Assembly: GCA_016198745.1 (NCBI GenBank)
Contig: JACQHZ010000407.1
Span: forward strand, 1-55,099
Source of the DNA: Verrucomicrobiota bacterium
GTDB taxonomy: Bacteria > Verrucomicrobiota > Verrucomicrobiia > JABWAM01
Length of the DNA stretch: 55,099 nucleotides
Reading direction: 5' to 3'
The notes under the pieces are model-generated. The model worked only from the letters and a program-made list of their open reading frames with translations, was not told the origin of the DNA and did not search any database. The translations under genes were made by a program, and so were the position numbers. Positions 9,205 through 17,299 of this stretch are shown piece by piece (the first letter of the stretch is position 1; every line of letters begins with the position of its first letter).

Positions 9205-10505
9205 CGTTCTTTTCCTTTCATTGATTCGTTGGTTAATCCACACCAGCCGAGGATGGTCAAAGCCATAACCTGGGCTGTGATGACGAGTTCCTCCACCGAG
9301 ACATTTTCATTCGGTTGGTGGATCTGACGCTGTGTCGGGCCGAAATTGACCGTGGCAGTGTTCGCCGTAAGTTGCAGGCGCGAGGCATCGGTCGCGCCCA
9401 TAAACCCGCCCAACTCCGGTTCGCGGCTCATCACCTGACGCCACGCCCCGCTAATCACCGCCGTAAAATCGTGTCTTTCGGGTACAGCGCATGGGTCGAT
9501 CCACTTGCAACGCGGTTCAATGTCGGGCATGTGGTTCGCAAGCCAGGGATCGTTCTGAGCGAGCTTCTTGAAAAGAGACTTCACCTCGCCGATCACTTGC
9601 GCTTCGGTCTCACCCGGTAGAGCCTGATGCCACACCTCGATCCAACATTTGTCGGCCACGCCGCCGACCTGGATGTCACCTCCTTGAATGCCGATCACAC
9701 AAATCGGCGCGGGTATCGGATAACGACCAAAATACTTCGCGTTCCTGAAACGAGCGCAGCGCGCCTTCTCCAACTCGTCGAGGCCCTGCACGACCCTCGT
9801 CATCCTGAGGATGGCGCATTCCCCCTCCTCTTTCCGAGTCTCGAAAGCGCTCTTGCCCTGCGCATGAATGCGATACTGCAACCCGCCTCCCGTGGCAGGA
9901 AGGATCTCGAGACCGGTCGGCTCGGCGAGGATGGCGGCTTCCGCGTGGTATCCGCGCCGCACCACCGCCAGCGTCCCGTTCATCCCGCCGAACTCCTCGT
10001 CCACCACACAAGCAAAGATCAAGTCGCCCCGGAGTTCACCCCATTCAAGAAAGGCTTCAATCGCGATCAACTCCGCTGCGAGTCCCCCTTTCATGTCACT
10101 CGCGCCCCGGCCATGGATGAAACCATCCTTCAGCGCACCGCTCCATGGGTCATTATTCCAGAGGGAGGGATTGCCAATGCCTACGACATCGGCGTGGCCG
10201 GTGAGCATAAGCGACCGACCGCCGCCGGTTCCCTTCCAGACGCCAACCAAGTCCGGACGACCAACGGCATCCCTGCCGGGATTGTAAAAGGGGTCATCCC
10301 GCAGCCCCGGTATTTCATCAAGCGTGAACAGGTCCGTTTGCGCGCCCATGGCTTGCAGACGCTTCCGCAAGAACTCCTGGCATGGTTTCTCATTTCCGTT
10401 GGGCGGCTCATTTACGCTGGGAATTTTCACCAGAGCTTGCGTCAGCTCGATCAACCGATCTTTCTTCTGCCTGACGATCTGCATCAACTGGTCGGCGGGA
10501 TTCAT
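9201..10505 (-). CDS. M20-family metallopeptidase / deacylase (ArgE/DapE/ACY1-like)
   Basis: LMLTGHADVV, GRGASDMKGG, VVDEEFGG. Start trimmed to MNPADQLMQIV (ATG 10505), which gives an ATGA overlap (10502..10505) with the upstream gene's stop. Confidence 0.85.
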   Translation of the reverse strand: MNPADQLMQIVRQKKDRLIELTQALVKIPSVNEPPNGNEKPCQEFLRKRLQAMGAQTDLFTLDEIPGLRDDPFYNPGRDAVGRPDLVGVWKGTGGGRSLMLTGHADVVGIGNPSLWNNDPWSGALKDGFIHGRGASDMKGGLAAELIAIEAFLEWGELRGDLIFACVVDEEFGGMNGTLAVVRRGYHAEAAILAEPTGLEILPATGGGLQYRIHAQGKSAFETRKEEGECAILRMTRVVQGLDELEKARCARFRNAKYFGRYPIPAPICVIGIQGGDIQVGGVADKCWIEVWHQALPGETEAQVIGEVKSLFKKLAQNDPWLANHMPDIEPRCKWIDPCAVPERHDFTAVISGAWRQVMSREPELGGFMGATDASRLQLTANTATVNFGPTQRQIHQPNENVSVEELVITAQVMALTILGWCGLTNESMKGKER

Positions 10506-11575
10506 AGCGCATTTCTCTCCACCGCTGCCGAACCGCCTGAAACATCCACCCTTTTCCCACTTGCGGCTGAATCTCTCGCTGCCAACGCTAATTCCAACGC
10601 GCGCCGGGCATCTTGAGCGGTGATCAGTGGCTCTCTCTCCTTCAAGATACACTCGGAGAAGTGAGGCACTTCCGCAGCTGAACCAGACTCCCCCAGAGAC
10701 GTGGCTTGCGACTCTTCCACCAGAACAAATCCTTTCCGGTCGCCAAAAACAGGATGGTTGGGACTGTAGATTCGGACGAGATGGTCATGGGTTACCAGGA
10801 CTTGCCCCTCGGTGCAGACAACCGACGCTTCCGTCATGTTCATGAGCGCTTGCGGGGCGATCGAGGCGTAACTGTACGTGCTTTCACCCATGGCGCCGCT
10901 TTTGAAATCATAGACAATCATGGTGCAATCTTCCCGTCCGCTCTTCTTGTACTCCGGCCGAACTTGAATGGCGTGTCCCGTCACCGCCCGCACCTCACCC
11001 ATCCACCAACGCATCAAGTCCGTGTGGTGCACCGCGCCAGAAACGAAAACCCCGCCCTCGTCATGGTTTGCCAGCCAGGCCTGAAACTCGCCCAGTTTGG
11101 GGTAGTGCTCATTGTGATAGCGCGCAAAGACGGGCGCGCCCAAAATCCCTTCATCCAAAATTCGCTTCACGAGTTGCAGCGATTTGCGAAAGCGGAGCAC
11201 GTGCGCCACAAAAAGGAGGCGATGACCACGACGGGAGGCTTGAATCATCTGATCCGATTCTTTCAGTGTACATGCGATGGGCTTCTCGACCATCACATGT
11301 TTCCCCGCCGCAAACGCTTGGAGCGCCAGAGGACAGTGGAGGCTATGCGGAACCGCCAACACGACCGCATCCACATCCTTCCGCGTCAGACACGCTTCGT
11401 AGTTGGTTGAAGGTTTTCCGCCAAATCTTCCGGCGAGCGTTTCGGTTCTCTTTTTTTTGGGATCAATGCACAGGACCAGCTCGCCATTGGGATCTTGTGA
11501 AACCGCAAAACCGTGCGCGTGGCCCATAAGGCCACAGCCCACAATCGCGTACCGAATTTTCTGGGTTGCTACCAT
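10502..11575 (-). CDS. Gfo/Idh/MocA-family NAD(P)-dependent oxidoreductase
   Basis: N-terminal Rossmann signature IRYAIVGCGLMGHAHG, an EKP motif (VMVEKPIA), ~357 aa. Confidence 0.85.
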   Translation of the reverse strand: MVATQKIRYAIVGCGLMGHAHGFAVSQDPNGELVLCIDPKKKRTETLAGRFGGKPSTNYEACLTRKDVDAVVLAVPHSLHCPLALQAFAAGKHVMVEKPIACTLKESDQMIQASRRGHRLLFVAHVLRFRKSLQLVKRILDEGILGAPVFARYHNEHYPKLGEFQAWLANHDEGGVFVSGAVHHTDLMRWWMGEVRAVTGHAIQVRPEYKKSGREDCTMIVYDFKSGAMGESTYSYASIAPQALMNMTEASVVCTEGQVLVTHDHLVRIYSPNHPVFGDRKGFVLVEESQATSLGESGSAAEVPHFSECILKEREPLITAQDARRALELALAARDSAASGKRVDVSGGSAAVERNAL

Positions 11576-11610
11576 TGCAATTTTCCTGTGCCGACCACCA
11601 TGATCGTATT

Positions 11611-12369
11611 CTACATCATGAGATCTCCGCCGTTGATATCGATGGAAGCCCCGGTGATGTAGGCGGACTCATCGCTCGCAAGGAATAAGGCCAGTTTCGC
11701 CACTTCTTCCGGTTTGCCGAGGCGGGGGATCGGAAACGATTTTTCGAAACGCTTGATCTGGCCGGAAGAAATCGTGTGACGAACCATCTCCGTATCGATC
11801 AGGCCGGGGCACACCGCATTGACCGTAATCCCGAAAGGACCGGCCTCCTTGGCGATCGCCCGCGTAAGACCGAGCATGGCCGCCTTGGCGGCGGTGTAGT
11901 GGCAGCCGCCGAGCGTGCTTGTGCTGCGACCGGCCGAGGATGAGATGTTGACGATCCGTCCCCAACCCTGCTTCTTCATGTGAGGAATGACCTCCCGTGA
12001 GCACAGGAAACAGCCTTTCGCGCTTGCGTTCATGACAAAGTCAAATTCCTTCTCCGTGATTTTTTCCACCCGCGTCGGTTTCAGTACGCCGGCGTTATTG
12101 ACCAAAATATGGACCGTTCCGAACTCGCGCACGGCGGCTTGGACCATCGCTTTCACCGAACTTTCCGAGGCAACGCTGCCCGCCTGACGGATTACGCGCG
12201 CCCCGCCCGAGGAAATTTGACTCTTCGTGGAACCAATGCCGACTTCGTCCACATCGTTGAGGCACAGATAAAAGCCGTGCGCCGCAAACAGCCGCGCAAT
12301 GGCGGCGCCCATGCCCCGTGCCGCCCCCGTAATTATTGCCACCCGGCCTTCGCAATCGCTCGCCTTCAC
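11611..12369 (-). CDS. short-chain dehydrogenase/reductase (SDR, FabG-like)
   Basis: VAIITGAARGMGAAIA (TGxxxGxG), NNAG, catalytic YTAAKAA. GTG start at 12369. First gene of the minus-strand operon. Confidence 0.9.
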   Translation of the reverse strand: MKASDCEGRVAIITGAARGMGAAIARLFAAHGFYLCLNDVDEVGIGSTKSQISSGGARVIRQAGSVASESSVKAMVQAAVREFGTVHILVNNAGVLKPTRVEKITEKEFDFVMNASAKGCFLCSREVIPHMKKQGWGRIVNISSSAGRSTSTLGGCHYTAAKAAMLGLTRAIAKEAGPFGITVNAVCPGLIDTEMVRHTISSGQIKRFEKSFPIPRLGKPEEVAKLALFLASDESAYITGASIDINGGDLMM

Positions 12370-12462
12370 GACAATTCATCCTTCTGTTCTGGTCAAGGTT
12401 TATTCCATCAAATTTAAGGCAGTGAATGCCGCCTCTGCATTCATTACCGACATCAACGCTAG

Positions 12463-12517
12463 CCCAGTTCGCAAATAGCGTCGTTGCAAATTGCGCACTC
12501 TGAACTTGCAAATTCGG
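12463..12517 (-). promoter_or_regulatory. triple-box operator, copy 1 (TTCGCAAAT / TTGCAAAT / TTGCAAAT), oriented toward the SDR operon
   Basis: Reverse complement aligns with 13458..13511 and 21738..21790: CCA(A/G)TTC(A/G)CAAAT..TTGCAAAT.G.GCACTCTG.A.TTGCAAAT. It lies in the divergent region between the SDR operon and the AraC gene. Confidence 0.5.
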
Positions 12518-12541
12518 CAGTCAGCCGCTATTCTCGGAAAC

Positions 12542-13423
12542 ATGCAAGCCGTGGTTTTTAACCTGCACGCGCGGGCGCCCGTCCTTCCACGGTTCCCTCC
12601 TTACGGCGTCTGTATTGTGGAAAGTCATCACCACCGTGATTTTCGGATGACCGACACAAAATACGATTTTGTGGATGTTATCTATATTTTGGAAGGGAGC
12701 GCCGTCGCGATTACCGGCGGCATACGCCATCCGCTGGCAAAACATAATATCCTCATTGTGCCCGAAGGCTGTTGCTATCGGATGGAAGACTCTCCGCAAT
12801 CGCCCATGGAGTCTCTGTCCCTATGTATTCAGGCTGATCGGATGCCCAAGGGCATCTTTTCACAAATCAGCCCTCGTCAGTTTCGCGTCTTGCGTCATCC
12901 AACCTTTGCCAAGGAATGGGCGCAGGACTTGCGCCAGCTGATGTATGAGCAGGCGCAAAGCAAAATGTTCTCGCCCGCCATGATCGTGGGGATGACCCTG
13001 CAACTGTTTGCGAAGTTGCAACGTCGCCTGACTGCAACGAGCGCGTTGGGGCAGGATCCGCCGGCCGTCCATGGCCCGCTGGCGGCCCGGGTGGGTGTTT
13101 ACGTGGAAGAATTGGAGCGAACATTTTATCAGGTTGAAAGTTTGGAAATGGCGGCGGCGCGGCTCGGAATGAGTCCTCGTCATTTCACTCATCTGTTCAA
13201 AGGAATTACCGGCGCCACCTGGTTGCAATATGTGCGCAACTTGTGTTTGGTTCATGCTTGCAAACTATTGCGCGACACCAATCATTCCATTGTCTCCATC
13301 TGTTTCGAGTGCGGCTTCGAGGATCTTTCCAGTTTTTATCGCTCCTTCAAACAACGAAAAGGGATCAGCCCGCAACGGTGGCGGATGCAAAACGCGATGC
13401 CGCGCAGTCAGAAAGCCGCGTAG
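12542..13423 (+). CDS. AraC-family transcriptional regulator (cupin-type sensor plus HTH)
   Basis: C-terminal AraC HTH: HFTHLFKGITGATWLQYVRNLCLVHACKLLRDT..SIVSICFECGFEDLSSFYRSFKQRKGISPQRWR. The ORF opens at 12491, but I prefer ATG 12542 because 12491..12517 overlaps the operator repeat. Confidence 0.85.
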   Translation: MQAVVFNLHARAPVLPRFPPYGVCIVESHHHRDFRMTDTKYDFVDVIYILEGSAVAITGGIRHPLAKHNILIVPEGCCYRMEDSPQSPMESLSLCIQADRMPKGIFSQISPRQFRVLRHPTFAKEWAQDLRQLMYEQAQSKMFSPAMIVGMTLQLFAKLQRRLTATSALGQDPPAVHGPLAARVGVYVEELERTFYQVESLEMAAARLGMSPRHFTHLFKGITGATWLQYVRNLCLVHACKLLRDTNHSIVSICFECGFEDLSSFYRSFKQRKGISPQRWRMQNAMPRSQKAA

Positions 13424-13457
13424 GGTCAACCAACCTGGCGGCGCGGCCAGACGCTCA

Positions 13458-13590
13458 CGATTTGCAAATCCAGAGTGCCCGATTTGCAAAGCGGCGATTT
13501 GTGAATTGGCGTATTCTCCCGCGAACAATATGAAACGCGTCGACACAATTCCGGCGGCCCCGGGGGAATTCCCTGTGTGCCCGTTGAGCA
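13458..13590 (+). promoter_or_regulatory. triple-box operator copy 2 plus conserved leader (paralogous to 21738..21868)
   Basis: CGATTTGCAAATCCAGAGTGCCCGATTTGCAAAGCGGCGATTTGTGAATTGGCG, then ATGAAACGCGT..GACACAATTC.GGCG.CCC..GGAATT.CCTG.G.GCCCGT. This is shared with copy 3, with indels that break any common reading frame. Confidence 0.5.
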
Positions 13591-16013
13591 GAAATCGCAA
13601 AGGGATCGGGTTTCTGATTATGGTTTGTGTTGCGCTCCAAATGGAGGTCAGAGCAGAAAGGACAATTATGCACAAGTCGGTTTCGGGGGCAGACGCGCCT
13701 CTGTACGAAGAATTGATTGAAGCGAAAGGGCCGCCGTTGGTGAAGTATCCCATCTGGTCTTACGAAAGTAATGCGGCTTTCTTCCGGAATATTGCGAAAA
13801 AACATGCCTTCCGTTACTCCCTGCTTGAGGAAATCCGCAAGTACGATAATCTGAATATGATCATTCGGGATGGATGGTATTCGGAGCACCCGGAAACTAA
13901 AAACCTGCCGATAAAACATTGGGAGGTAGTTCAATGTTCTGCCAACCGAACCGCCGAAGCGCCCAAGGTGGTTGCCGTGAAAGGCGGCGAATCATACTGC
14001 CTTGACCCGGTCTGCCTGGAAAAAGCGCTCAGGGATATTGAAACTTTCAGTCCAAAAAATGTTGTGGCGTTTGTCCTGGGTGAGGAACTGGACTACCGCG
14101 CCAATTATGCGATCGCGGTGGAAGATCGTTATCCTTGGCTTCAAGAAGCCGACCGGGAGATTAAAGCGAAGTACGGATTTGGGAAGTATGGCATGCCGCT
14201 TTCCAATACAGACGATAATCCATTTCGCTGGATTGCGTTTCGGCGCTGGAGTGATGATAAATTGACTGCTCAGCTTATGAAAGTGGCCGGTCTGTTGCGC
14301 AAACGTTGGCCGGAAGCCAAACTTATGGGTTTGGATTTTGTCGGGGTTCTACCGGTGGATGTCGGGCGGCTTTGCGCGCCAATGGATGTTATTACCCCCC
14401 AGCTTCGACCGGGGATGAAGGATCTTGGCTTTGGAGTTAAGTACTTCGCCGACTTGACGGGCAAGCCCGTCTGGCCCATGTTGCAGTTGATGCCCTTTGG
14501 CGGTGACGAGATGGTCCCCACTCCGGAGACCGCCCGGGAAATGTATAATGAAGTGATCAGAAATGGAGGTCAAGGCGTTTTCCCGCTGGGAGTAGAATGG
14601 TATGCCAGGGAACTTAACCACTACAAGTTTTCCTATCCGGAGAAGTGGAACGCCATTATAAAATTGACGGCCCAAATGGGTTCCATTAAATCCATCAAGA
14701 CGCCTCAGCCGGCGGACACGGTCCTTTTCTATTCAAATGATTCCCATGGCGCCGTTCCTCATGAACAGGTGCGGTTTGGCCTAAAAGAAATCAGAATGGC
14801 TTATGAAGTATTAGGTCCGGTGTGTCGCGGCGCATTTAAGTTTGTCAATGACAGGCAGATAGAGCGGCGCGAGCGCGACCTTTCACGATATCGGCTCGTC
14901 TATGTGCCTTTTGCTACCTACCAATCCACGGGAATCGTGAATAAATTCTTGGACTTTGTAAAGCAGGGTGGAATTCTGGTGTGCGGCGACCCGCAGGCCT
15001 TTATCTGGAATACGAACGGAGAGGAAAATAGACTTCTGGCGCAGGAACTTCTGGGTGTACAAGTAGGTGAAAAGCTTCCCGGACGCCAAACCTTGAGGAT
15101 TAACGACTTCCAGGCGTTGGGATTAAAACAGCCGCGGGAATTACAAAGTGCGGGTTCGGCCTATAAAATCACGATAACAGACCTCAGTCATACCAAAGTA
15201 ATTGCGACGTTTCAAAATGGAAACCCGGCCATCTGCCTCCACCAGATAGGCAAAGGAAAGGCGCTTTATTTTGCTTCAAATCCATTTTTTCATGTCGATT
15301 TCGGGAATGACCCCCTTACCCTAGAAATGGTGGTAGAACCTGGTTGGCAGGAACTTATGCGGTCAATTCATCAGACGTTTGGCGGGAGATTGGACCAGGA
15401 CATCTGGCGGTTTAGTTTTCCCGAGTTCGATAAAACAGAGATTGCCGTTCAAACGCCGCCCGGAGTGTGTCTGACTGGAAATTACGGTTATTTTCACGCC
15501 AATAAATTCCTGGCCACCAAGAACCTTGGCACCGGCGGGACTTACCGCTACAGTTTGCCGCCGGACCGGTATCCGGATTGTGGAGAAAAAGAGATTCCTT
15601 TTGACCGGGGTAAACTTATGGATCGGCCCCGGGCAGGCAACGCTATGGACAACCAGTCGCCCGGCGGATGGGAAAAAGCCTGGCCTTATTGCAACGAATC
15701 CGACTGGTGTGTTTCCTGGGCCAGCACTGCCCCGATTGAAGTGACCTTTGACCTGAAACGCATTTATCCATTGCGCAGCTTCCACCTTTTTTATGCGGGT
15801 CAACTTCCCGCCCTGGAACTTTTCGGCAGTTTAAATGGCAAGGATTGGCAGAGCCTGGCTTCGCGCGCTGGTCAAGAACCAACCCTTGATGTTTTAGATG
15901 TTCTTTTAAGTCTTGGCGGCAAGTGGCGTTATCTTAAACTCTCGATGGCAAAGCGTGCCGCAAAAGAATCTCTAACGTTGGTAGAGACGGAAATATGGGG
16001 CGGAACTGATTAA
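13530..16013 (+). CDS. GH-like protein with glutamine-amidotransferase-like middle domain and C-terminal F5/8-type-C (discoidin) domain
   Basis: Long ORF 13230..16013. The part upstream of 13530 overlaps the AraC gene and the operator. The C-terminus (WCVSWASTAPIEVTFDLKRIYPLRSFHLFY...GKDWQSL...WRYLKLSM...LVETEIWG) looks discoidin-like. The start is uncertain: ATG 13530 lies inside the conserved non-coding leader, and ATG 13668 (MHKSVSG...) is an alternative. Confidence 0.6.
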   Translation: MKRVDTIPAAPGEFPVCPLSRNRKGIGFLIMVCVALQMEVRAERTIMHKSVSGADAPLYEELIEAKGPPLVKYPIWSYESNAAFFRNIAKKHAFRYSLLEEIRKYDNLNMIIRDGWYSEHPETKNLPIKHWEVVQCSANRTAEAPKVVAVKGGESYCLDPVCLEKALRDIETFSPKNVVAFVLGEELDYRANYAIAVEDRYPWLQEADREIKAKYGFGKYGMPLSNTDDNPFRWIAFRRWSDDKLTAQLMKVAGLLRKRWPEAKLMGLDFVGVLPVDVGRLCAPMDVITPQLRPGMKDLGFGVKYFADLTGKPVWPMLQLMPFGGDEMVPTPETAREMYNEVIRNGGQGVFPLGVEWYARELNHYKFSYPEKWNAIIKLTAQMGSIKSIKTPQPADTVLFYSNDSHGAVPHEQVRFGLKEIRMAYEVLGPVCRGAFKFVNDRQIERRERDLSRYRLVYVPFATYQSTGIVNKFLDFVKQGGILVCGDPQAFIWNTNGEENRLLAQELLGVQVGEKLPGRQTLRINDFQALGLKQPRELQSAGSAYKITITDLSHTKVIATFQNGNPAICLHQIGKGKALYFASNPFFHVDFGNDPLTLEMVVEPGWQELMRSIHQTFGGRLDQDIWRFSFPEFDKTEIAVQTPPGVCLTGNYGYFHANKFLATKNLGTGGTYRYSLPPDRYPDCGEKEIPFDRGKLMDRPRAGNAMDNQSPGGWEKAWPYCNESDWCVSWASTAPIEVTFDLKRIYPLRSFHLFYAGQLPALELFGSLNGKDWQSLASRAGQEPTLDVLDVLLSLGGKWRYLKLSMAKRAAKESLTLVETEIWGGTD

Positions 16014-16019
16014 CCCCAA

Positions 16020-17096
16020 ATGAGTTTGAACCGGAGAATTCAAATTGGCTTGATCGGCTGCGGCACCGTGGCCCAATACGGCCACCTGCCCGCCATTGCG
16101 AAAACTCCGACGCTCAAGCTCGTGGCGGTGGCGGAACTCGATGCCGCAACCCGCGAGAAAGTTGCGGCGCAGTACGGTGTCGCGGCCTGTGCCGATTATC
16201 GCGACCTCCTGGCAAGGCGCGACATCCAGGCGGTCTCGGTCTGCACGCGCGTCGCGACGCACTACGAAATCGGCGCGGCGGCGCTGCGAGCGGGCCAGCA
16301 CGTCTTTTGCGAGAAACCGATGGCCGATACTCCGCGCCGGTGCCGTCAACTGGTTGCGCTCGCGCGAAAATGCAAGCGCTTGTTTGCTGTGAACTTCGAG
16401 TACCGGTTCGATGACGACGTGTGCGCCATGCAGCAGTGCATCGCTTCGGGCGAACTTGGAAGGCTTCAAGTCATGCGGTTTGTCTATAACTGGAGCGCCC
16501 ACGGCGCGCGCGGTCCGACCGCGGCCCGCCGGGCCGCTTTCATGCAGAACGGCGGCGGCAGCATGGACTGCGGAGTGCATTACCTTGATCTTGCCCGTTT
16601 TCTCTCCGGCAGCGAATTTGAGGCGGTTTCCGCCATGGGCCAGTGGGTGGAGCCGCAGTTCCGTTATCCCGGACATATCTTGATTCAGGCACGAATGAGG
16701 AGCGGCGCCCTCGCGCACATCGAGGCGAGTTTCGTCTATACGCATCACAGCCGGGCCAAGACGTTTTTCATGCGCCACGAGATCATCGGCGAACGCGGCA
16801 TCGTGTCGTGGATGGCCCGGCCGCCCAATCCCGAACGGCGCACGGTTCCCAGTCTGCCGCATATTTCCGGCGAGTTGCAAATCATCACCGCGCGTCGCGC
16901 GCAGGTGAAATCCGTTCCGTTTACCAAACATTTTGACGCGACCTATGCCGAGTGGGCGCAATGCCTGCGTCGCGGGACCATGAAGGGGGCGCGTTTGGCT
17001 GCGGGCGAGGACGGGGCGCGCGCCGCGGCCTTCATGTGGCGCGTGCTCGCGCTCGCAAGCCGCGAACGGCGTCGCTTTCAAAAAGGGGCTTCCTGA
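16020..17096 (+). CDS. Gfo/Idh/MocA-family oxidoreductase
   Basis: IQIGLIGCGTVAQYGHLPAI Rossmann start and CEKPMA motif. It starts 6 nt after the stop of 13530..16013, so it is probably co-transcribed. Confidence 0.85.
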   Translation: MSLNRRIQIGLIGCGTVAQYGHLPAIAKTPTLKLVAVAELDAATREKVAAQYGVAACADYRDLLARRDIQAVSVCTRVATHYEIGAAALRAGQHVFCEKPMADTPRRCRQLVALARKCKRLFAVNFEYRFDDDVCAMQQCIASGELGRLQVMRFVYNWSAHGARGPTAARRAAFMQNGGGSMDCGVHYLDLARFLSGSEFEAVSAMGQWVEPQFRYPGHILIQARMRSGALAHIEASFVYTHHSRAKTFFMRHEIIGERGIVSWMARPPNPERRTVPSLPHISGELQIITARRAQVKSVPFTKHFDATYAEWAQCLRRGTMKGARLAAGEDGARAAAFMWRVLALASRERRRFQKGAS

Positions 17097-17299
17097 ACGC
17101 AATGTCATCATTGCCCTTGCCACATGGCGGCGCCCTGTAGTGGTCCACCGATTGAAAGGGTCAGCCTGCATCTCAAAATGCATCCGGAAATCTTTGTGGC
17201 GACCTTTTTATTGAAGCGTCCGGCCTCCATCGGCCAGGAGGACGCTTCCGGTCACGTAGGAGGCGAGATCACTTGCCAGAAACAAAGTTCAGGATTTTA

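Noticed and set aside
13470-13490. Possible sigma54 promoter reading of GAGTGCCCGATTTGCA inside the operator
   Set aside because: When aligned to TGGCACG-N4-TTGCW, the -24 element is GAGTGCC (only 2-3 of 7 match, and no GG at the required spacing). The TTGCA is better explained as part of the repeated ATTTGCAAA box.
13230-13529. N-terminal 100 codons of ORF 13230..16013
   Set aside because: They overlap the 3' end of the AraC gene in another frame and then read through the operator repeat. The real start must be at or after 13530.
15972-17183. 403-aa minus-strand ORF covering the whole 16020..17096 gene
   Set aside because: It is antisense to a clear Gfo/Idh/MocA oxidoreductase. The translation is Arg/Ala/Gly/Pro-rich low-complexity sequence, typical of shadow ORFs in high-GC DNA, with no recognisable motif.
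17213-17248. Stem-loop GAAGCGTCC...GGACGCTTC between the convergent oxidoreductase genes as a bidirectional terminator
   Set aside because: It has only a 9-bp stem with an 18-nt loop and no T-run on either strand's 3' side. This is too weak to call.
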